Below are positions 1 through 13,030 of a stretch of 64,000 nucleotides of DNA, one piece after another. Below the pieces are notes generated by a model. That model did not search any database. It saw nothing but the letters and a program-made list of their open reading frames with translations, and was not told the DNA's origin. Each line of letters opens with the position of its first letter. The first letter of the stretch is position 1. Source of the stretch: Blasia pusilla (taxonomy: Eukaryota); assembly GCA_050084515.1 (NCBI GenBank), contig CM114271.1:25172001-25236000 (forward strand), written 5' to 3'. A program made the translations under genes and the position numbers.

Positions 1-999
1 TCGAGCGGCTACCAATCACAACATAGCAGCATTAAATGAAAACTCAAACACCATAACCCGGGGTCACATGCCATCATTGGTTAATGACGAAACAACGATG
101 GCCAAACCAAAGTACGTGGTGGCGGCGCAAGTCAAAGAATCAACGGTGGTCGTGGAAGACCCTCCACTCCATAATGGCGGCAATGGCAACCAAAGGGTGG
201 ACAACAGACGAACGCGGCTCGGAGCAGCGCTAGGCGGCGGCCGACGGTGGACGGTGGACCGTTGATGGGGACGGCCGACCGTTGACGGTTATGGTTGACC
301 GTTGACCATTAACGGTTAACCTTTGACGGTTATGGTTGACCATTGACTATTGACGGCAGACCGATGATGGTGACTATGACGGAGACGGCCGCCGCCGGCG
401 CGACGGCTGGTTTAGGGTTTGAACAATTTAACCCTAAAAATCACCTAGCAATGGCAATTTTGCAAGATTGACCATAACTTTTATTTTGCAACTCCAAATT
501 GCACACCGTTTAGCGCACAGTGTGCACAACTTCACGATCTACAAGAGCGTCAAAAAATATTTGGAATCAAACATTCCAATAAAAATTGACGAGGACTGTC
601 GTAAAGCCAAATGTCTTTTTCTCCTACACATAACTCGATAGCTCTTCCGCGCTGATTTCTCCCAAAAAAAATGTAAAATATGTGAGAACACAAATCAGCA
701 AGCTACATGGTGCTTCGAGAGCACCAGTATGGGGCGACTTGGCCCCATACTCAATCCCTATCAAAAATTGCACAACGCTTCCGCGTGCCACTCTTCCACA
801 CGAAAAATGGGCAAATGAAATGTCACAAGTAAGCGGCTCTTGCTCTGGTGAGCACTCCCATGAACCGCTAAACGGGGAATATGATCCCCAACCTGCAAAA
901 CCAGCGAGCGACCAACGAGCTCCCCCATGAAGCTCTCTCACTCATTCATTCTCTCTTTGTAAAATAAGATCAAATCTCTCTCACAACTCTATAGTTTTC

Positions 1000-1320
1000 A
1001 CGTGTGTCTCTCAATGTCAAACCAAACCCACTTTCCTAATGAGAAGCTTGGGTTACACACACAAGGCAAGCAAGACCATAGCTCCGTCGCCTCATGTCAA
1101 GAGGTTCAACAAAGAGAGAATAAGCTCTCAAAGTCTCTCCTTGAGATATACCCCTACCCTCTCCCAAGCTCTTTCCATGGTAACCTATGCTCCCAAGTCG
1201 CCTCCTAAGCTCTTGACCTGATGTAGGAGGTTAAAGGCCACTTAACAAAAATAGAAAATCGATCATATATTCAAAATGATATTCACCTAAAATAGTAAGT
1301 TTCTCAATATGACTCCAAAT
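1000..1320. repeat. Dispersed repeat (LTR-like TE fragment), related to 22700-23068
   Basis: Shares colinear blocks with 22700-23068 (TGTCAAACCAAACCCACT...AAGGCAAG...ACCATAGCTC...CAAGAGGT...CTCTCCTTGAGATATACCC...AAGTT.CTCA.TATGAC.CCAAA). The TE family could not be assigned. Confidence 0.6.
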
Positions 1321-4300
1321 GAACCGAAACGAAAGAAAAACATGTTCTCTCAGATTTCCCGCGGCCTCAATAGGTCATCCTCCACCTATTGAATCTATCT
1401 TCCACTATTCACAAAGGTGCTCTACTAGATCTCACCAATCTATCCTAAAAAACGTGACACTCATCTCGTGATCGACCACTTCGTCCCGCAAATTGCACGG
1501 ATAACTGGCTCATCCAACCGTCACCTGACCGCCACCCTTGCCCATAAGCAAGCTGTCTCCTCTCAAAAATCAAGGATGAATGATAGGGATATCCTTCGTA
1601 CTTCTAATAAAATCTTAGGGAAAGGTGGCTATGAGTGTTTCTTTCCCTATGCATAGAGGGGACCTTGGCACTCAACATCCAGTAGTAACCACCAACAATT
1701 TTGACACCAAATGTTCACAACTTGACTCCAATTTTAACACTTTCCTCAAACCTAATCCGACAGCTCCGCAAGGATTACGAAGTCGACCGTCTTCTTTCCC
1801 AAACGGGAATTCAATTTTCACTATTTCCATAGCTTTTATGTAGAGACAGTCTTCCAACAACGCTTGTTTTATTGGAATGCTTGTAAAGGAATCAGAAATC
1901 CCGTTTGCACCTCAAATACCCTTCTTTCAAGTTTCGTTCTTTCCAAATAATAACCGCCCGACTGTCGGAGCGTACTTGTATCATTCAAAACCACTTAGAA
2001 CTACAATGGCCACTAAGATACCAAGACACATGCAATGTCTTCTTTCCCTACAAAAAATTCTTAGAATCAGCGATATATTTTCAGTCCGCAAATGCTTTCC
2101 AGTTATGACTTCAAAAGGCAATTCGGTCTCAGTTAACAAAGTATTCATCATTGACTCCTATTCATAGAGCCTAAATTCAACTGCACCAAGCACTTTCATC
2201 CACTGCCAACTGCAATCGATAAGCTTGAATAGAGGCTCCACGAGATAAGTATTACAACAGTAACACCTCATGTGGTCAGTCTGTTAACACATCATCTCAG
2301 AGAATGCAAGAAAGTCACTTACTTTTACTTGGACGTGAAAAAGAACACAACCACCGGTAAATATGTGCAAAAACTGACACGAGAACTCATTGAGAAGACT
2401 TTTTAAATTAGTCACCACCTCACATACTTTATTACAACGTCTCAGAGGTGAACATTCACCAGACCCACATGTTCAAAACTGATAAAATCTGGCAGGACCT
2501 TTGATCAAGGCTGGTTGCCAAAAGCCCACATATACATGGCTATGGAGGGGGACACTTGACTTCCAAAAGCTCAGCCAATACTCATTTGTAAGTAGGTTTC
2601 ACCAGTTCATGCTGTTAAAGATGCTGACACCAATTTTGCTGGGAACCTAAGTGACTTCGTAAACCACAAAATAGACCGAATCACTTCCATTGCATCAGTA
2701 ACTGACAACAATTTCACACAGATACTTGTCAGGATTACAGTACATACACTTCTAGACTGTCTCTCAAAATTAGCTTCATTCAAACTAACATTTCAAGACA
2801 AGAAACCGAAAAATACGTGAGTGACCCAGTGGTTTGTTACTCCATCTCTTACCAGAGCAGGCTAGCTTAATTAGTCCATCTCTGTATCTTCCCCTACCAA
2901 CAAAAATCACCACAATATATGAATTCCTGGAACCTGACCTCACCCCTCAAGACTAGTTAGATTTTGTCCCAGGTATCTATGCAACCGAATGGGAGCATGT
3001 GGAAACTAAACCAGTAAATGTCTATGACCTCATTCAAAACTATGGCACAACAAAAGCACTCATACATAAAGCAGGAAAGGAAGTTCCCAACAAGGCACAA
3101 GAGGTGTAGTACAGTGAATTTTATGCCTGAAGGCGAGTATGGCAGTAGCAGCAGATTATCACAGCAACAAGGCCAGCACAGGTAACGCTTCTTTGCTGCA
3201 TTGACCCTTACCCACACAACACAATCATTCAAGTTACACCCATGAGGATCTTCTGTCAGATCAAATCAATGTGACACCACTGCTCATGAAAGCTCTCCAA
3301 CATTTTATGAATGCGCATGAGTAGCAATAGTTATGAGACTAGGGAATGAGGTAATCGAAAAACAGGTTGCACTGACTCCTACTTTACACCCCTCTCACCT
3401 CCTCTTGCAAATATTACCCTCAAAACTCCATGGCTACAATGAACCAATCTCCAATTTGTTGAAGAAAACAAACCACTGACATGTGAATACCTCTAGAACC
3501 TGATATTTATGCAGAAATAAAGTGTGACTTCATTGAATAAGTACTGAGAGTGACAGGCGTGCCTCCAGGCCTGAGGAACACATCTGCAGACTCACGTGCC
3601 CAGAAAAACATTTAGTTTCAGTCTCGCATTAAGAAACGGACAACTTAAGAATGGTATTGAGTTCATCCAACTATTCAAATTTTCTTCACGCTATAGAGGA
3701 CAACTTCAAATGAAGACTCATGAACTAGGCTTCAAGCTCTGTATCAGTATCTCATGGCCCACCTAGGGATATACTTACCCACATTTTGAACACATCCTTG
3801 GCTTCCCCACTGTACGGTGCTGCCGTGCTTATCATGCTCTGAGTCCATTCTCCTTGAACACCCCCCAACTTCCCCCAGCCAACCCCAAGGGCGGAGCAAC
3901 GACCAATGCATGTCAAACTGAGGCACCAAAGAGATACTCAAATGCCAGGACGGCAGTGTTCAGGTTCACAAAGACAAACTCTGTGCTAAGCATCCAAAGA
4001 AAATGAGCCAATGGGAAGTAAAAACACTCCATAAAGTTTTATACCAGCTTGATTCACAAAAAAAATAGATGTAGCATATGACTTGTTACACCTTAAAGTT
4101 TGCACAGTCCGGCAGCTACCTAAGATGGAGAATGAACAATGGAGACGGTGATCTTTCCAACCAGTATCACAATACCCTGCAAAAACAAACAGCCCTCACA
4201 AGCTTGGCCCACCAATCCAACCCTTCCGCAACTGGAGACCTTAAGCCCAACTTTAGGACACTCCTCTCCAGTGTTGCATCTCCCAAGCATTTTGTGTGTG

Positions 4301-4408
4301 TCCTGCATGAGCACGCAAGGCAATTTGTAATTCCTACACAGGGCTTCACTATACCTGATCCAACTAATTCCTGCACTACAGTAATTCATTACTAGCAACC
4401 CTCCTTAA

Positions 4409-7400
4409 TTATCCCTCGCTTGAGCTGCCACTGTTTGCAGGAGATCTGGAGGGCTCCTTCCTCCTTTTCCTATGTCGGCTGGAGCTCTTCTTGCGGATGG
4501 GACTGTCATCATCATCCTCTTTAGCACCCGCATCAGCCCTAGGGGAGTCTCCACCAGAATCTGAAACTGATTTGCCGCGAGTTCTATGCTTTCGCTTCTT
4601 CCTGTCTCTCCTTTCATCCTCATCCTCTTTCCTATGTTTCCTCCTATGGCGCCTTCTCTCTTTGCGCCCATCAGCATCATCTTTTTCCTCTTCATCCTCA
4701 TCCTTCTCATCATCCACCTCTCTCCGGTGCTTCTTCCGGTGTTTCTTGTGCCGCTCTTTCCGCCTCTCCCGCTCTTCTTCATCATCCACCCTGCAATCTT
4801 TAGATCTTGACTTCTCTTTCCCTTTGCGGCTAACACTTACGCCATCTTCTTCAAGTAAAACCTTCCGTTGTATTACCTTCACCTCCTCCGCATCTTCTAC
4901 ATCTGAGTCGTCCCTTGCCTTAGAATGTGCACCGGCCACCTTCTCTGCCTCCCTTTCTAGATCTTTGACTCCATGCACCATCAGAGGTCTTACTGTTGCT
5001 ACCACACGTTCGTCCTCCTCAGAATTGTGTTGGGGACCTTGATTAACATATTCATCCTCACTATAGAGTCTTTCAACTTCCTTTGCAGGAATGCTTGCCT
5101 TCTGTTTTCCTGGCTCTTTCTTGTCATCACTACCAAGATGCCTCTCTCTTTCACTTCCTCTCTCTTGCCTGCCTTCTTCCATTTCCTCTCCTAGACTTCT
5201 CCCCCTATCTCTGTGAGATTCCTGCCACCTCTCCCTTCTTACCGCATCAGTCCTCAACTTCATATCACGGCTTTGGTCCTCATGTAGGTGGTCAGTTTCA
5301 TGGTCACTATCTTCCAATACGTGCTTCTTACTCATTCTGTTGTTTTGCCGAACCTCTTGCCCTAGGTCTAGCTTACTTCGATCATGAGCAGTGGTATATC
5401 CCATCTTCACAGACTTACTCTCCTCTTCAACCTTCCTGTCAGAAACCCTTTTCTCATCTTTGAGTCGGCTTTTCTCCATGGACTGAACTTTCATATCATT
5501 ACGCCAGTCATCCAACTCCTTGTCATCATCGCTTTGTCCCAAAGCGCGAGAGTCCTTCCCACTGTCATCTCCTCCTCTCATTGACTTGCTCTGCTTTGCC
5601 TGAAAATGATCCCTAGGTTTGGCATCAACATCCTGTTCCTCACTAGAAATATCAGATCTAGTGCCTCTGATCTTGATATCCTTTGATGGCAAGCTTGGCT
5701 TGCTACCAGCATTCTCACCCTTATTCACACCAAATGCGTCTTCCCCCCTTGCACAGTCTCCAGGAAGTTTCTTTACAGTACTGTTAACATCCATTTCATC
5801 ATCAGACTGTAAATCCTTCATCAACGAATGGTTGAATGACACAGAGAGAGATCTCCGAGGGGAACGAGACAGTTCTCTAATCGGCAGATCACTTTCCTTG
5901 AAACTGCCCCTTTCTACCGTCACTTCTTTCTCCACAAAGCTCTCGCTCTTTTCCTTTGTATCAGGGCTTCTCATTTGAGTTCCTGTAAGTGGACTAACAG
6001 ATAATTCCTTGCCAACTTGTAGGCCACTTCGTGCAACCGGACTTGCATTCACACCACGCCTTGCTGGACTAGCACCATTCCCATGTAACTTTCTTCCAGG
6101 ACTCCTGCAAATCTCTTTTCTATGTGGGCTTGCACTTGGGCTTCTGCTGCTGATGGATGGGGTCCTTTTGTGATCCATTGATCTGGATCTCCTGGAATGG
6201 CGAATTGATCTCCTCTCCTCCCTCCTGTGCCTAGGAGGCGAGGGAGTCCTGTCTCTATGAAATCTGGGAGACCTAGAGCGTGTGCGAGATCTCCTCCTTA
6301 TTCTGCTCCTACTCCTGCTTCTGCTGCGCCGAGAACGAGGGTAGTAATCTCTGTCCCTATCACGGTCCCATTCTCTTCTGAAAGAATTCCATGGATAGTC
6401 ACCACGCCCTCGGTAGTAGCCTCTTCTATAGCTGTAATGATCTCTGGAACGTGAAGGAGAGTATGGTCGCTCCCGTCGATACCGGATCGGTGAACGGGAC
6501 AGGGACCGAGAGCGGTCTCGACGATACCGAATTGGAGAGCGAGACTTGGACCTTGATGGAGATCGTGATCGAGAAGCTGAACGAGACTTTGACCTGTTGC
6601 AAAGTTAATCATGGAATCAGAAAGCATGTGATATAAAAAAATTTGTTAGGAAAAACGCATTGTTGTTTTGCACTGCTGTCAACACAAAATCTATCCATCT
6701 AAGTGAATTGAGATTGCTCGGCAGGTATTGTTAATGAAAAATTCCATTGCAAGCAAGAAATGAAAACATACACATTTCCCCATGTTCTATCATTGAGTAC
6801 AGACCACCAATTTCAACCCTCCCACAGCCTACTTACGAGAAAGATAAACTTTGATAATGTTTCTCGGAGGCATGATATCTTTTTTCCAGAGGCGGTTAAC
6901 CAGTGCCTCTGAAAAGCTTTAACCCACAACACAGGATCACATGGAACCCTCATCCATGACACATCACTCATGACAACTAAAAATGGAACTTATCATAGTA
7001 TTTAACATTTGAGTCTGGCTTTGATGATTACTCACGATTTGCAGGTCTCAAATAGGATACTCATCACTCCAGACAGCAAGGTACACCTAATTCAGTTCTC
7101 AAAGAAATATTACAAGAATGCGCTTCAAAGTTCAAAACCTTCAGAGTTCATCAATATTTCACCTGCCAGGGCTTGGAGGCTTCTTTTCCTCATCTTCAGC
7201 GTCACTCCCTTTTAACTGCTTACTGATTTCTGCGGCACGTGCTGCTGCCATTTCTGCAGCTGACTTCACAGTGGCAGCCCGAGCTGCAGCCTGCTGTGTG
7301 GCCATTACCTGCTGCATCAACAATGCTTGCTGGAACTGGAATTGTTGCATTGCAACAGCCTGCTGCATCATCATGAGAGGTGGTGGCTGCATTTGTGCAG

Positions 7401-7488
7401 GATTTGCCACAGTAGGTGTAGTTGTTGACTGCTTCAATAACCTTGCAGCTTCGGTGAGATCCATGTTTCCTCGCCCACTTAAATCCAT
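4409..7488 (-). CDS. Q-rich / RS-rich (SR-related) nuclear protein, 2 coding exons: 7488-7163 and 6593-4409 (836 aa)
   Basis: Exon 1 encodes MQQAVAMQQFQFQQALLMQQVMATQQAAARAATVKSAAEMAAARAAEISKQLK, a motif I recall from the plant filamin/RRM RS-protein family (At3g23900-like). Donor GGCAG|GTGAAA at 7163/7162 and acceptor TTGCAACAG|G at 6594/6593 join in frame (326+2185=2511 nt) into an RS-dipeptide tract and the 589-aa ORF ending in TAA at 4409-4411. Confidence 0.8.
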
Positions 7489-8548
7489 CCCAACCCAGCT
7501 ATCTTGCTGCAATTGAGTGTCCCACTAGGTAAGTACTTTGGAGCCGAAACTGCACTTTCAATATCCTGCTGGATTTCTTCACTTCTCAGATTTTAGAGAA
7601 GGACATCTCTGTAGAAAAAAGACATCACCAAAATATTTTTAGACTTCAGAACTGATAAGGAAAAATTACAGGAGACTAGATGATCTTGCAGACCAACCAT
7701 CCGCCCAAATGGAGACAGCATAAGCTCGTTACAGTACCGGTAGGAAGAATGCAAATAAGAAATTTTAATGCATCAGTGCAGTGGGGTGGAAACATTGGGA
7801 TTGTCAGATTTCCAGTATCCAAACACCCCAAGGCTCCACACTTTGGGAATAAAGTTGCATAGTCCCATGAGATCAAATGCTCCTACACCAACTTGAATGG
7901 TCAAAAACAAGCGTTTTCATCTAATGATATGAGAAGTTTGAAGCCCTGATAACGACTATTATTCAGACAACTTAAACATAAACACCAAATGGATAGAGGT
8001 CACGACCAATTCTCTACGGAGGATAACAGAACAAAAATCAAGAGGCAGCCCAATTATGAGGTTTCCCAAAAAGTTCCAAGTGTTGCAGCACAGAAGTGAC
8101 TTTGACTAAAGATTAACCAGGGCAGCAACCTGACGTTCCAGTCAGCCGCCACATCATTGGCAGGTCATTCAAAACAATAAATCAGAAGACAAAATAAAAT
8201 GGAAGACCCGGAGCAATCTTTGTTGTCCATCCTCAGTACACGTAGACATCGCTCGTGATGAATTGTTCCTAAAATGTGATTCATTTTACAGAATGAAGTT
8301 AGATTAAGTACGCCAACCGTGACAAGCTAGAGCAACGCAGACACACAATCCAATATAGTGGACAGGGTGCGTCTTCAAATTCCTCAAAAGTGCGCCGAGC
8401 ATCTATCTTCTAAAATCCCACTCGCGACGACGAGTGAAGGAAAAGCTAGGTCCGTATGTCGACATCTATCTCCCGTACAAGGATGATGAAACCAGCACAA
8501 CACTGAGAGGACGAGCTAGCCCAAACCTTGCTGAGGAAAGCTCGAGAC

Positions 8549-8552
<4 letters not shown>

Positions 8553-8592
<40 letters not shown>
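8553..8592. repeat. (GA)n microsatellite, probably in the 5' UTR/promoter of the SR-rich gene
   Basis: Perfect AG repeat seen directly. Confidence 0.95.
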
Positions 8593-8595
<3 letters not shown>

Positions 8596-10399
8596 TCAAA
8601 ACCTCGAGACTCGGATCTTCCTTTCCAGGGACGCGGAAGACGGCACAAGACGGACATACCTTGCACGCTGGAATTCGCAAACAGGACGAGAATTGTAGCG
8701 AGAAAGGTCCCGGCCCTCGGACGATCCCACACACTGATCTCCGCAGCGCCAAGAATGAGCGCATGAGGAAGCATCCCAAAGAAAACAGTGAAGAGCGAAG
8801 GACGAGACAAAGAGAGCGAGAAAGAAGAGAAGGGGTTGATCCGAGGACAACAGGCCCACTCGAGGGTTTGTTGACGTGCGTGGTTCCGCGCGAGCTCACG
8901 CGCAGGGTTTGGAGGGGGAACGGGGCGATCGGACGGTTACGGGACGTTCTTCGACCGCGCGGGGCGCAGATGCCGGTACGCGTGTCCTCTGTGCGGCCCC
9001 GGAGCACGCAACTAGTGTGGTGAGAAACTCACCCGCGGTCACATTCACTCCGGTTACGTGGGAGAGTATTTGGAAGAAAATCAGTTTTGTTATTTGCATC
9101 ATTTTTCTTTGGTGTAAATTATTATTATGAAATGTATAATTTCTTATTTTACTAAGACTACCACGCCCGGAATTTATTTATGTATGCTAGTATTTTGCAT
9201 ATACTAGCATGGGTGAAAATCATTGTGGTAAAAATAAATTAGTTCTCATATTGAATATTACACATGACAACGTAATGTGTAATATTCAACATGACATCGA
9301 AAAATAAATATGGGAAAAAGGTTTCTTCAAATCTTTTTTTTTAATTATATAAATCTACAAAATAAATAATAAATATTTTCTTTAATAGGTTATTAGTAAG
9401 ATGCACGAAAAATAAAAAAATGTTTGAAGAGCTATTATATAGTCCGTGAAGGGAAAATATTGATGATGTTGTACATAAATTTATTTATTTTTCTTGTTGC
9501 GCGTAGCATGTGAAATATTTTCTTGTTGCCCAATTGTCATGTGTCAAACAAAAAGGTGTTTGCAAATCAAGAAGGCACTTTCCCATAATAATATAGATAA
9601 GGCACATGAGTGAGAAGAACACCATTTTTCAAAGTGAGACAATGTTAAGGCAAATTGGAAGGGAGAAATATATATGTTGGGAAGAAGAAATCTTTAACCT
9701 CTTCTAATTCAATGGCGCGTCTTCCTCTTTGAGCCATGACTCCTTTGATATTCATAACAACAGTTGCATTTGCTTAGTATATTGACTAGATGTGGCTCAT
9801 TTCCCTAAATAGAGGATAACCTATGAGGGTTGGGACATGGCCGAAACATACCTTGAAAGAGACATGAACCCCTCGATCATACCCAAGAGATGGTCCATAG
9901 CAAGATCTCACATACATCCCCCTTTGAACTAGCAATCATGGTGGTCAACTCTCTTCTCGTATATTATATAGTCTACGCTAACTTTACTAACCACTAACTT
10001 CTCCACTTAGATAGTCTCAAACCTAAATTCCCTCACAAGTCCTTGCAATAGAGAAGGAGGTGTGTTTTAAAAGCATGGTATGTATGGAGTCTCTAAGGTA
10101 AACAAAGAATTAAGGGTGCAACAAAAAAAGTTCATTTTAAAGAGAAAAGGTACAAAATAATTTTTGAGGATATTTCTACGGAGTCAAAATCAAGAAAAAG
10201 ATTACGGGAGAAAATATGAAATACCATATACTCATGTATTGAGCAAGGAGCACTACAAGGGATGGAAGATACCTTGAAGCATGTGGAAGGAGAGGAAAAT
10301 TACATGGTAATTACTATAATGATTCATAAACCCTAATATGACTTAAACTCAAAGAATATTTAAAAAATAAAGAAAATTTCATTGTAGAAGTGTAAGCAT

Positions 10400-11400
10400 A
10401 GAATAAAATGAAGAGCATCTTGGGTTGGTCATTTTGACAGCTCACACTTCTAATGAGGTACTACACTAATTGCATACTAAGTCCTCCCCACTACTAGGGA
10501 TTTGAGGGTCCACCAATTTTTTCAAGTCCTATGTTGGCTTGGACTGCTACTTTGTGAATGTACAACAATGATATTTTGCCAAGTACGTCGTAAGATATTT
10601 GTAAGTGAATAGGTTTTTGCAAGAATGCCAAATTTTGCAAGTGCTTAGGGTTGTAACCTCAGCTTGTAATTCAATCCTAGCTTTCCCACATTTTTCTTGG
10701 CATCATGGTGCATTCTTATCGAGAGGCATAACATGCTTTCCAAGTAACTTCAAAATTCGATCTATGAGACTATGGCTATGTTGGGTGCACTATGGGCTCA
10801 AAAAATGTAAATGTATGCATAAAAATGCCAACTCTAAACTTTTGCACCAAAATAAATTGTTTTACATGCATTCTCCATTTCATTGTCTTTTATACTTGGG
10901 CTATCTCTTAGATCGTGAGGATGATCTATGTCATTCTCATTGGCTTCATTTATCTCCCTATCAAAATCCTCTATATTTTCTTCATGAAGATTATCATATT
11001 GGGAAGGACCACTGGTCAACACTTTTTTAACATCAACATCTATATATATTGTTTTGGTGTAGATATGCTTGTTTGGCTCTATTTGTTGACTTCTTCCCAA
11101 GTTTTCCACTCACTTGTCACGCAAAATTAATGATATTGGTTGGATACACCCTAGTATTATGCTCATCTTGATCAAACTATTCATTGCCACAAGAGTCCCA
11201 CTCTTCATTACCTTTCTAGATCCTCCAGAGGGCAAAATAAATTGAGTTCTCTCAATTGGTCCTCCACCTTCGGTAGAGAGAAACTTCTTTGTCCCTTGCA
11301 AAGATTGCAATAACTCCTAACAAGCTTCAATCCATCCCTTCTAGCTCCGCCAACACAATTTTGAATCATGTCTTCTTCATCTTATAAAGATGGTAAAGAG
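10400..11400 (-). mobile_element. Highly degraded CACTA/En-Spm-like transposase remnant
   Basis: Broken minus-strand peptide fragments (VRSYCNLCKG; ENACKTIYFGAKV) loosely resemble CACTA transposase N-terminal Cys motifs. Many stops, AT-rich. Confidence 0.3.
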
Positions 11401-12233
11401 ATTCTCTATGCCAATATATCACTAGAAGGAATATGATCCTTTTAGCACTAAGTCATTTACAACTAGAATCCTAGAATACTAAAATATAACTACATATAAT
11501 TATAGAATCCTAATTATCATAATCTAATATCTTCTAATTGCTAAAAGTAACTAAATGGTATAACATGAGAATTTTTTTTAAGATTATTGAATTTGAAAGA
11601 AAAATCATTATGAACATATCATTGAGAAGAAATGACTATATTAGTAAGAAATAACTAAGATGTGGCAGATAATACAATCTAATTTTTACACGCTATATCA
11701 TAATTAAAATTTAATTCATCAAAATGCCACATTTTAGTAATTTCTTGCTAATATATTATTTTTCAATGATATGTTAATAATTCCTTTTTTTGTAAAACCA
11801 TCTGTGTGACTAGATGTAGTTACTATTTTTACACTATTGCCATGTTAGCAAATAATACCCTAACTTGAAATACTCTATCCAATCTGCAATAGTAAGCTAC
11901 ATGGCAATTTAGTAAATTTACTTATGAATAGCTCCAAAAGCCTTGAGCCCAAATTTGAACCCGGATCTATGTCAATGTAGCAAGCACATTACCAATATAC
12001 TAAGAACTCTTTCTAGTCATAGTGATGGATGGAAATTGGTGGGAGAATGTATGTAGTGAGCAACGGAAGAGCCACCAAGAGAGATAATTTGTAGTATTTG
12101 ACATTTTAATGCATGTTCCACCCTACTCAAATATGGCCACTTCATTTTGGTGGAATTTTCTTTCAAGTTGGGAGACACTTATAGGGTTTATTCTTGGTAT
12201 AAGTTCGAACATCATGTGATTTGAGGTATGATT

Positions 12234-12237
<4 letters not shown>

Positions 12238-12289
<52 letters not shown>
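12238..12289. repeat. (CT)n microsatellite
   Basis: Seen directly. Confidence 0.95.
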
Positions 12290-12291
<2 letters not shown>

Positions 12292-12650
12292 CACCATCCA
12301 ACCAAGCTAGAAAATAAAATGAAAATAGCTCAATCTACCTTTGATATTTTGTTTCCGCCTTCAAATCCCTAAGCTTAGATACAAACTCTGTTTTACCTAG
12401 AATGATGGTAGGGTAAGACGCTATAGGTGATTAAAAATCCAGATATCTATGTGTGGGCTCAGTTTGCACACTCATAAAATCTATAGAAAATCATAAGTAT
12501 GTTTTGTAGGATCTGAATGTAATAAGAAATTCTCACTATTAAAGTGTAGGTGTTGGGATCATTTTTATGTGTATCCATGCATATTAGACTCATCATTAGA
12601 GGAACATCAACTTGGACAATGAATCATCTTTAAGTATAGACATCTCTACA

Positions 12651-13018
12651 CTATCATGACCATACGGATTATGTCGTAGAGTCTAGTGTGCTAGTAGAGG
12701 CCATTCCTTATGTAGGACCGTAGTGGCTTGGTAGAGATACGGTTCCATACATAGGGTTGGGGGTTACTCACTTGGGGTGACTTTCCCAGTAGGGCCCGCT
12801 CTTAGGTTGGAGGATATAAGGTGGAGTGCACTCAAAGAACAGTCAGTTCTTTGAGTTGAGCCTGTTGCGTTGGGAGTTAGCCTTGGTAGTGAGTAGAGCT
12901 CTTGGCTATGGTGTTTCCCGCAAGCTTCGACCTAGATTCTCCCATCATGGAGTGGGTTTGGCTCGATTGTATGTGATTGTAAACGTGTTTTATGACAGTA
13001 GGTCTTTCACGGATTTCA
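12651..13018 (+). repeat. 5' LTR (segment B only; lacks the first ~108 bp)
   Basis: About 96% identical by eye to 20945-21311; ends ...GGATTTCA; contains TATA-like GGATATAAG at ~12812-12820. Confidence 0.9.
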
Positions 13019-13030
13019 CTCAAAGAACTG
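13018..13030 (+). promoter_or_regulatory. Putative self-priming primer-binding site
   Basis: ACTCAAAGAACTG at the 3' edge of the 5' LTR is the exact reverse complement of CAGTTCTTTGAGT at 12844-12856, about 25-30 nt downstream of the TATA-like box. It is not a TGG-starting tRNA-type PBS. Confidence 0.65.

Noticed and set aside
235-385. Short repeated GTTGAC(G/C) motifs as a CRISPR-like array
   Set aside because: Degenerate low-complexity tandem motifs without regular spacers, in a eukaryotic TE-like context.
4491-5978. Several plus-strand ORFs (S/L/F-rich)
   Set aside because: They are antisense shadows of the charged low-complexity SR-protein exon.
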